DNA of 59,370 bases, the filler included, from Dugesia japonica (taxonomy: Eukaryota), in assembly GCA_001938525.1 (NCBI GenBank). It is 6 parts of 6 records of this genome, joined end to end, with 100 filler letters (N's around TTAATTAATTAA, not from the genome) between each part and the next. Parts side by side here need not be neighbours in the genome. Positions count along the whole stretch, not along the records: positions 50,319 to 59,370 come from MQRL01556523.1; 5 more parts are not named here. One strand, 5' to 3'. The notes under the pieces were generated by a model, which searched no databases, had not been told where the DNA came from, and saw only the letters and a list, made by a program, of their open reading frames with translations. Within the stretch, counting starts at the first letter, position 1. Each line of letters starts with the position of its first letter. This document shows, one piece after another, positions 50,428-59,370 of the stretch. The position numbers and the translations under genes were made by a program.

Positions 50428-52450
50428 CAGTAAAACCTCTTAATGTGGAAAAGTTTGTTCCCGAAATAATTTTCAAAATTGGCGGGTTTTCCACATTATG
50501 AAGGACTTACATATTATTTGAAGATCAAAAATGAACCCTCCATTTCAAAGAAATTTTAAATAAAAACAAACTAGTATACGATTCTTATATTTGTTTAAAA
50601 ATCATATTTTTGTGTTGTTTTAAATGACCAAATAAGTTTTCTACTAAAAATTGCCGAAATAAAATTTATATCGAAACCATAAAAATTAGATGATTTGGTT
50701 NATCAAAAATGTACTTCAATTTGATACGTATTATACGTATTATACAGTTTTCAACAGATAAATTTAATGTATTATTTCAATCCCCAATGACGATTAGAAT
50801 ATTTTAAATACATATAAATATCAGCGGTATATAAATCGTTATTACAATATTATGTGTTTTATGTCCCACTACCAGTTTTTTAAAAAATAATTGTAAACAC
50901 TTTTATTAAAAAAGGATAATGAATTTCAAACACCATATTTAATAATATTATAATTTCAATCAAACTAAAGAAGATTTTTTGTTAAGAAACGGTCCAAAGT
51001 TGTTTGAGCAACATTCCTGGATTTTTCCTTCGCCCGTTGCTCATAAATAAAATTTTCAATATCAAAAAGCTTCCCCAAAATTGGAAAATTAACTTGGAGG
51101 GCAAAATTTTCAAGTATTTTCAATGACTTTAAAACATTACAAAAGTAACAACTTTATCATTAATACTATCTTCAAACATTAAAGACGAATAATGTGCATG
51201 ATTAACCTTTGTAGCGTTATCAAGATGTTCAGAAACTATTCTAGAAATCGATAAATCAATTTCATTCGTAGTTTCATTTTCGGTTTCTCATTCAATATCA
51301 AAACAGTTATTCTCCTCAAATTTTTCTAAGACATCAAGTCCAGTAAGTCGATTGTCATTATAATTATCATGATCTATTTTATCTATTTCAATATTATTAA
51401 CATCGGAATTTTTAAATTCATCCTCTGCAAAACCGGTCTTTCTAAAGCATTTACTAATGGTTTCAACCGTAACAGCATCACAGGAACTTCTGATAAATCT
51501 AATAGCATTCAAGACTGTTATTGATTTGGTGAATTCCGAGGCATTATTAAACTCATCCAACCTTGAAATCATGGTTGATAACAATAATCTCATAAAATTA
51601 GATTTCACAGTAGCAATAATTCTTTGATCAAGGGGTTGAACAGGCGTGGTAAGATTCAGAGGGAAGAACACCAGCTTTACATTACTTATTTCTAAAAACG
51701 TGTGACATGTGGCATTGTCCAAAAACATTAGAATCTTCCTATTGATGGCTCGCATTTCATTATTAATTCCGAAAATCCATTCCGAGAATATTGTTGATGT
51801 CATCCAAATCTTTTTAGTACTTCTCCAAATCATGGGGAAATCGTTCAGTTTGACATTATTAGTTTTAAATACCCTTGGGAAAGCTGCATTCCCTATAACT
51901 AAAGGTTTCATTTTCCCACCGGTTAAAATGCAACAAAACAAGACACTTACTCTTTCCTTAGCAATTTTACCGGCTTTACAAGCATCTCGTTTTTCAACCA
52001 ATGATAATTTTGGTAAGGAACGATAAAAAAACCCGCTTTCATCTAAATTAAAGATTTCTTTACTACTATATCGTTTAATATAACCAGGTAATTGAAATTT
52101 CCAGTTAGAAACTGCATTTAAATATAAGTTTGATGACTCGCCACATAACATTTTATTTGATATTCCCTTTCTACGCTTGAATCTATCAAACCAACCATTA
52201 CTTGCAACAGAATCATCCAATCCAATACAAACTCCAATTTTTCTTGCTCTTTGCATTATCAAAGGCCCACTCAATGGAATGATTTTAGTTCTGCATTGAC
52301 GAAAAAATAGCAATACCAAATAGTCAACTTTAGAATATATGGAAGAAATGTCTCTAATAAAACGTACTATAAGAGACACTATAATCCCTGCATAATATTT
52401 TGTAGCTTACTCCAATGTGAATCTTGTGTAAAGATGTCAAATCCTTTCGT
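50428..52450 (-). mobile_element. pogo/Tigger (CENP-B-like) transposon; transposase ORF 51288..52379
   Basis: PLSGPLI..ASNGWFDRFKRR (CENP-B HTH), FNLDESG, FLDNATCH and QPLDQRII (DDD triad). TIR-like TA-CAGTAAAACCTCTTAATGTGG at 50428. Confidence 0.93.
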
Positions 52451-54426
52451 GTAGTAATTTCTTTGATCATTTGGGTATTTTTTTAATAAATATTTATGAA
52501 TAATATTGAAAGATTTTAAACAGGGTTGCAATTTGATTAAATTGTAATTGATTTACGTCAAGCTTTTGCTACTTTTTAAATTTAATACTTTTAAAAATAT
52601 GTTGAATGCAAAAATTGACTTTCAATTTCAAAAATTGTAAATTGTAATATATAAACAATGAAAGATGTAAATAAATATTATTTATTGATATATATATATA
52701 TATATATATTAATTAAAGAGAATAAATCCAAGATGAATGTGGTGTTCAACAATTATTCTCACAATAATTGTATTTATAAAATTAGAATTTGGTAAAATTA
52801 AATTAATTCAAATAGAATTACTATTGTATAAATAAATATTGAATAATTCAAAAAGTCTATTCCTGACGAAGACAAAGTTGAAATATGGAATTGTTATCAA
52901 AAACCAAAAAAATAAATTTTGATTTAAGCTTTAATTTTAAATGAATTCTGAAAAACGATCAATCGTTATGTCCAACTATTATTCTCGCAATAATTGCAAT
53001 TGTAAAAAATTTTAAAAATTAAATTAAAAATAAAATCTAAATTTAAATTTAATTTAAGTTTAATGAAAATGATCAAATAAAATTTTAATAAAATACAAAC
53101 AATTTTGTAAACATTTTATAGTATTAAATAAAAATAAATAAAACCACATTTTGATCGAAGCTTATTTTTTAATGAAATCTCAAATGCGATCAATGGTTAA
53201 CCATTAAATGCATAGCAATGTAAATCTTTATTTTATGTTAAGAATTTCATATCACTTTACATACCACAGTTTGCATAGTGTTTTTTTTAAATTTTAATTT
53301 TACCGAAGTAATTTTATCGTTTCCGAACGCTAATAGAACATTTGACAGTTTATTTCTTTATCTGTGACAATTTTCATAGTTGGCGCGCAATATGAGTACA
53401 ATTTCATTTCGGCGGGTGTTACAAATTACGATTATTTATATGAAAAGTAATAAAAACTTACAGGGAAAATTGTTTGCTGATAGAAACAAGGTAAAAGTAA
53501 TGAATGATATCTGGATTTTGTTCATATATTGATAAATTAATGCAAGAAAAATGTATCTTTTTTGTGATTTATATTTTTAGTGTTTTTAAGTAATGGTATT
53601 GTTGTTTAAATGATTATATAATTATAATGTGACTGAATAATATTCACACTTATTTCTTACGAGTTGACGTTTATATTTTCACAAAAATTTTCAAAATAAT
53701 TATAACGAACAACAATAATAAAATTAGAAAATTTTTCAAATTGTTTTGCATTTTATTGAAATTTCATTGGATAATTATAAATTAAGTATTTATTTAATTA
53801 TTTTCGTTAACAACTTCAGTATAACTATAAAAATATTTAACAGTATCAAAACATACTTACTTTGTCAATCAATTTTAAATTACAAATATTCCTAACTTTA
53901 ACATTCAAAAAAATATGGCTTATCAAGAATATTCTTTCTTTAACTGCTTCCTTTCAAAATACTACATGGACATGCATAATTGATTATTAATATTAATTTA
54001 CTAATATATTTATTAATAGTGATTATTTTTTCAATGATGTCCTAATTATATCTTAAAACAATTAGTAAAAAATTATAATTCAAACAAAATGTTTTTAAAA
54101 TATTTTTATTTGTTATTTTTTTTTATGTTATTCGAATTTTTTTTAAAGGCAAAGTAAAAAAAATTCAAATTCCATTATTAATTTAAATAAAATTTTCAAA
54201 TTACAATTTTTAAAAACGCCTAGACTTAAGAAAAAAAAAGAAAGTTGTTTGGCTGCCAGTATTTTAATTATTAACTACAATTTAAATTATTTGTTTTAAT
54301 ATTCAATTTTATTTTAAATGAAAAAATAATATAAAATTATAATAAAATAGTTATTTTGGGTAATTTAAAAAAATAAGTTATTTTTAAACCATAATCAGTT
54401 TAAATTCAACAAAAACAAAATTCAAC

Positions 54427-55444
54427 CTGAATGCATTCCAATTCTAACATGAAGTCTCCTATCTGGTCTNTGAGGTATTTGAAACTTGAACAAAGCATTC
54501 AGAAATGCTAAACTCATTCGAGATATTTCCCGTGCATGTAAATTTCCATTTCTTTGTGGTAAACCTGAGACAACTACGTACGCATCACCAATAGTTTCAA
54601 CTTTATAAACATCATAATTCTCAGAAATTGAATCAAACGTTGTGTATAGGTGATTAAGTAGTTCAATAACCTAATTTTAAAAGATTTCAAAATAATTATT
54701 TTACTATTAATATTTCGCTAAGACCTGTATTGGTGTTGATTCTGCAGATAAACTGGTAAATCCAACAATATCACTAAAATAAATAGTTACATTTTCATAA
54801 CTTTCAGCGGTTACCGGCTCATTACGTATCAGTTGTCTTGCTACAGATCTACAGGCATTAATGTTAAACGTCAGAAATTAAAAGAAAAGAAAGTTTCATA
54901 TTTACTTTGGTAGCATAGAATAAAGTAAGTCTTCTGCTTTTCGTTTTTCTTCTAGATATTGGTCAGTTCTTTGTGTGACAAGACCTTCAAGGTTATTGGC
55001 ATATTGTTCCATTCGAGATAATAAATTGTCAAGAATATTTCCGGAATCACCAGATCTTGAATAAAAAAGAATATTTAATTAAGTGTTTAAATAAAAGTTA
55101 CTTAAAATGAATTTATTGGCCAACAATAATATTACAAAAAAAATGCCTCTTCGTATTTTTGACAAATTATTCAAAGTGAAAAAAAATTTTCTGCATTTGC
55201 ACTTTTGTAGCTTCTCATTTTGAGGAAATATCAAGTATAGAGTGTAAATATTTTAGTGCTCGATAACAATTGTGAAATTTAAAAATATGTAAAAAAATAA
55301 TTGGAAAATATTTAAGAAAAAATAAATAACGCCGTTTATAAATTGGCATTTCAAATTTAAAAATTATTTGTAGAGAGTGTTGTATGAGACGTGAATGATT
55401 AGATTTCAGAATCCTAGCTTTAATATGCAGATAAGTCTTCGGAC

Positions 55445-55491
<47 letters not shown>

Positions 55492-55551
55492 TAATAATAA
55501 TNNNNNNNNNNNNNNNNNNNNNNNNNNNNNNNNNNNNNNNNNNNNNNNNNN

Positions 55552-55619
<68 letters not shown>

Positions 55620-57110
55620 GTAACGTCATTAAAAAAACTTTATTGTTCTATATTTCGACGGATTAACCGTCATCATTAGACCAAAATGAAAAAAATGAGT
55701 TTATTCAGTCTGTTTATTCAGCCGTCTTATATTCAGTATAATCGCATTAATCTTTGTTTGAATAATACAGACTGAATAAACTCACTTATTTCATTTTTGT
55801 CTGATGATGACGGTTAATCCATCGAAATATATAACAATAAAATTTTATTTTAAATAGCGTTACTTATATTTTTTTAAACATTTGGCATCGNNNNNNNNNN
55901 NNNNNNNNNNNNNNNNNNNNNNNNNNNNNNNNNNNNNNNNNNNNNNNNNNNNNNNNNNNNNNNNNNNNNNNNNNNNNNNNNNNNNNNNNNNNNNNNNNNN
56001 NNNNNNNNNNNNNNNNNNNNNNNNNNNNNNNNNNNNNNNNNNNNNNNNNNNNNNNNNNNNNNNNNNNNNTTTTAGAATAATTCTCATTCTTTACTTGTTA
56101 AACTTTCGGAACATAACTTTTATGTTTCTCATTTCCGGTCGATGAAGTACCGATTCATCCCACATTTGTGTGATTATTGAATCGATTTCATTGCCATGGT
56201 ATTCATTATCTTTTCCTAAATGAGGTCTAAAAGGAATTTTCTGGATTTTCTTAACGTTTTCAATAATATCGCGGGGTTCCATTGCTGTTTCAAATTCTCC
56301 CAAATAAAAAACACCATTTCTATAAATGATTTCCTGTAGAATAATTGCAAAACTATATACGTCGCCTTTAATTGTGCCTTCTGATAGTGAAATTGGATTT
56401 CTTAATATTTCCGGTGCAGTCCATAATAAATCTTTAAAATCAAATAATCGAATATTTATCAATAAATATTTTCTTTACTTCGATAATAACCATACGGATT
56501 TTCATCCATCAAGTAATCTTTAGAACCTCTTAATTTTTGAAGACCAAAATCTGTTAATTTGACTACAAATCTCGAATCAATAAGACAATTGGAACTTTTC
56601 AGATTACCATGAGGACCGATATTAGAATGCAAATAAATCAAGCCCTGTCATGGTGTTCAAATGATATCAATTTCAATTTTAACCAATCATCATACCCTGC
56701 AAATATCTTGAATCAAAGAAAACTTAAATATCCAATCAAGTTTTATTTGATCGTTTTCTAATACATCTTGTAAACTACCTTTAGGACAATATTCACTTAG
56801 AATACACATGTGTTGAGGTTCCAGACATGCACCAATAAATCTGCAAATATGATCGTTATTTAGATCTTTTACCTGAATTAATGATAATAAATAAAGATTA
56901 ATGGAAAAATACTGATTAAATTTCACTTTTTTCACTTGAATTAATAGTGATTTATTGATTTCAATTTTCTTTGTATGCATGATTGGTTTTATTGCAACAA
57001 TACCGTTTTTATATAAACCGGTTTTTGAAAACATTTGGTGATTTCGGAGATTTTCAAATTGTATCCCAGCTAAAGTTTCTAAACTGTTGTCACTCCAATT
57101 GGAAAGTCGT
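54427..57110 (-). CDS. Receptor guanylate cyclase (natriuretic-peptide-receptor-like), partial: kinase-homology, coiled-coil and first half of cyclase domain
   Basis: Exons 57110-56927, 56872-56696, 56644-56479, 56431-56095, 55055-54906, 54848-54725 and 54670-54427 with GT-AG introns. Motifs [52 protein letters not shown] and RIGMHSG. Confidence 0.95.
55445..55618. repeat. (AAT)n microsatellite with internal gap
   Basis: Directly visible in the sequence. Confidence 0.97.
55639..55842. repeat. Inverted repeat with ~80-bp arms (Penelope-like pLTR relic)
   Basis: 55639-55720 is the approximate reverse complement of 55758-55842. Confidence 0.85.
55795..55838 (+). ncRNA. Minimal type I hammerhead ribozyme motif
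   Basis: UUGU-CUGAUGA-U-GACGG-UUAAU-CCAUC-GAAA-UAUA-UA-ACAA. Stem I is UUGU/ACAA; stem II is GACGG/CCGUC, perfect in the opposite-arm copy. Confidence 0.65.
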
Positions 57111-58758
57111 CTGTTATTCTAATAAATTATTCGAATTAATTTAAACTCAGTCTTTAAAAACAGTCTTTAATTAAATCTATTTTTTATTTTGATTATGGAG
57201 AATTAATTTATAAAATGAACACCTTATTAGATAGATCATACCTTATAGTAACCCACATTTTGAATATTGTTTACTTTAACAAACACATTTTTTATGGTTT
57301 TATAAAGTTNNNNNNNNNNNNNNNNNNNNNNNNNNNNNNNNNNNNNNNNNNNNNNNNNNNNNNNNNNNNNNNNNNNNNNNNNNNNNNNNNNNNNNNNNNN
57401 NNNNNNNNNNNNNNNNNNNNNNNNNNNNNNNNNNNNNNNNNNNNNNNNNNNNNNNNNNNTTAAATAATTTAAGAAGTATTTAAGAAAATAGGATAATTCA
57501 TGGATATTATACTTTTACAAAATATTAAAACATTTTATATTGATGTTTTAAAACCCGAGTGAATAGCGAAATACTTTAGAAAACCATTTGCTGTATATTA
57601 TAGTTAGAGGATGATTTCAAAAAAAACAGTATAGATAAGGTAACTGAAATCCACATAAATGGTATCAGGATTCTGATAATTTTATACGAGAAGATTATCT
57701 CGGTGAGAACTTTCAATTTATTCATTTTTCTAAAGATTTTAAGTTGTATAAGAATATTTGAGTACGATGGAATAAACTAGTCAGCTTGAAAATCACTCTT
57801 TTATCACTTATAGCTTGAAATTAAAAATAAATGAATGTTATTAAGTAAAATGTTCTATCTTTACACTAATTATTCTGAAATATTATAATTAATTATTTAT
57901 TAATTAATTTTTTTTATTAAGGAATTTACGCTCACTTGTTTTATTTTTCTTTTTTATAAAAACCTAATTACATACAAAAATGAATTACTTTAATAATCAT
58001 ATTATTTTAATAATATTCTTTTTGCTGGAGAGTTTAAAAAATAATAATAATTAAAAATAATATTATTAGTATTTAATATTATTTTACCAAAAAAAAACGA
58101 AATTAAAATCAAAAATCTATAAAAGTTTACGAAATCTTTTTAAATTAAAATATTGAAAATATAAAGAATATGTTAAATTTGTTTAAATAATATTAAAAAA
58201 CAGATTTAAACATACATAATTTAATATATAATATATAATTTAAATATTTTATTTTTCAATTTTTACCATCTTTTTTTTAAAAGTCTTTGAAGAATATATT
58301 TAAACTTCAATGAAACCTTTTTGTCAAATGATACTGAATCAATACAAGCTCAATAAAAACAATAAACATAAATGTACGAACACCTACAAATTTAAACAAA
58401 AATATCTAATATTGAAAGCTTTTATTTAATTTTCATTAACTACCTAATTTCCTGTTATATAAATTTTCATAATTAAGCCTTTATTGTTCCACAAACAATG
58501 GATATCCTGTAAGAAAATAAAATTAATTTAAGTTTTCATGATGAATGAAATGAAATTTTTTTAAAAACGAAAATTATTAAACTCAACACATTTTAATATG
58601 ATCCAATCATCTCGTTTCAATTAGAAATTATTAAATACTATATGAAATTAAATTTGAAATATTAATTATTATTATTGATTCATTATATGCGTTCATTAAA
58701 TATATTCATAAAATATTGACTTTTTGAGAAATGTTACTTTAGATAAACGCGATATCAG

Positions 58759-59370
58759 ATGACTGACGTGAAGATAAATAAATATTTTAAAACTAAAAAT
58801 AAATTCGAATTATTTGGGAATATTGTAATTAAAGATGATCACGATAAGAAACTAATCGTTTTACCAGAAAATTACTCACCAAAATTAGTTAAATACTTGC
58901 ACGAAGAACTGTCATATGAAAGCAAACAGTTAGTGGAATACATTCGAGAGATATACGTCTGGTCTGATACGAGTAGAAAACTAGAACACGAAATTCAAAA
59001 ATGTGAAATAGGTGCTAAAAGAAAGGTCTACACTGGTCGAACAACAGAACTTTTGTTACCTAGTGATGAATTTGGACTACTAGAACATATTGTAATAGAT
59101 GTGGCTTATTGTTTTGAATAAAAGTCTAATCAAAAGTACTTGCTTGCTATTATCGATAGATTTAGCAAACTAGTTTGACTGATACCTCTTAGTAAACAAG
59201 ATGACATAGCAATATCACATGATATAACCATTTTATTTACAGATTTGAAAAGCCAAAATCGAGGAAGAGTTTTGAAGGTAGCAAAATGAACAAGTTGTGT
59301 GAGCGATTTAAAATTGCACAAGGATTTACATCGCCTTACCAACATCAAACCAACGGTTTAGCAGAACGAG
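58759..59370 (+). pseudogene. Gypsy integrase fragment (Zn-binding region and core)
   Basis: LHEEL...YVW...IQKCEI, IVIDVAY, YLLAIIDRFSK and SPYQHQTNGLAER. Confidence 0.88.

Noticed and set aside
49481-52026. Plus-strand ORFs 49481..49966, 49881..50147 and 51709..52026
   Set aside because: They are antisense shadows of the real minus-strand ORFs.
55395-55629. Poly-I/N/Y/L ORFs
   Set aside because: They are translations of the (AAT)n microsatellite and N gap.
58260-58510. Upstream exons of the guanylate cyclase
   Set aside because: Splice-like signals exist on the minus strand, but the frames contain stops and lack receptor-GC similarity.

Overview
This window is eukaryotic, very AT-rich metazoan DNA, not prokaryotic. 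It consists of six contigs of about 9-12 kb joined by an artificial 100-bp linker (44 N + TTAATTAATTAA + 44 N), so adjacency across linkers means nothing. Most of it is decayed mobile DNA. There are two Polinton/Maverick (adintovirus-like) families: two copies of an ATPase-pX-like-integrase-minor capsid block, and one element with an A32-type ATPase and an in-frame PLA2-integrase fusion. There are also several mariner and pogo/Tigger transposases, Gypsy LTR-retrotransposon remnants, hAT-like ends and a Penelope-type hammerhead in an inverted repeat. Host genes are partial: a receptor guanylate cyclase with 47-57 bp introns, a large low-complexity protein ending in a KASH-like tail, and the last exons of a Ser/Thr kinase. 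An 18S rRNA fragment abuts a 156-bp palindrome. The most unusual observation is two related GC-richer cassettes (21.1-23.7 kb on +, 36.6-39.3 kb on -). In the minus-strand copy, a promoter and a 10-nt ATG leader exon face a row of unrelated short terminal exons, each with its own phase-matched splice acceptor and stop codon. This suggests one leader spliced alternatively to many different proteins. All protein family calls come from motif recognition by eye; no database search was run, and boundaries of decayed elements are approximate.
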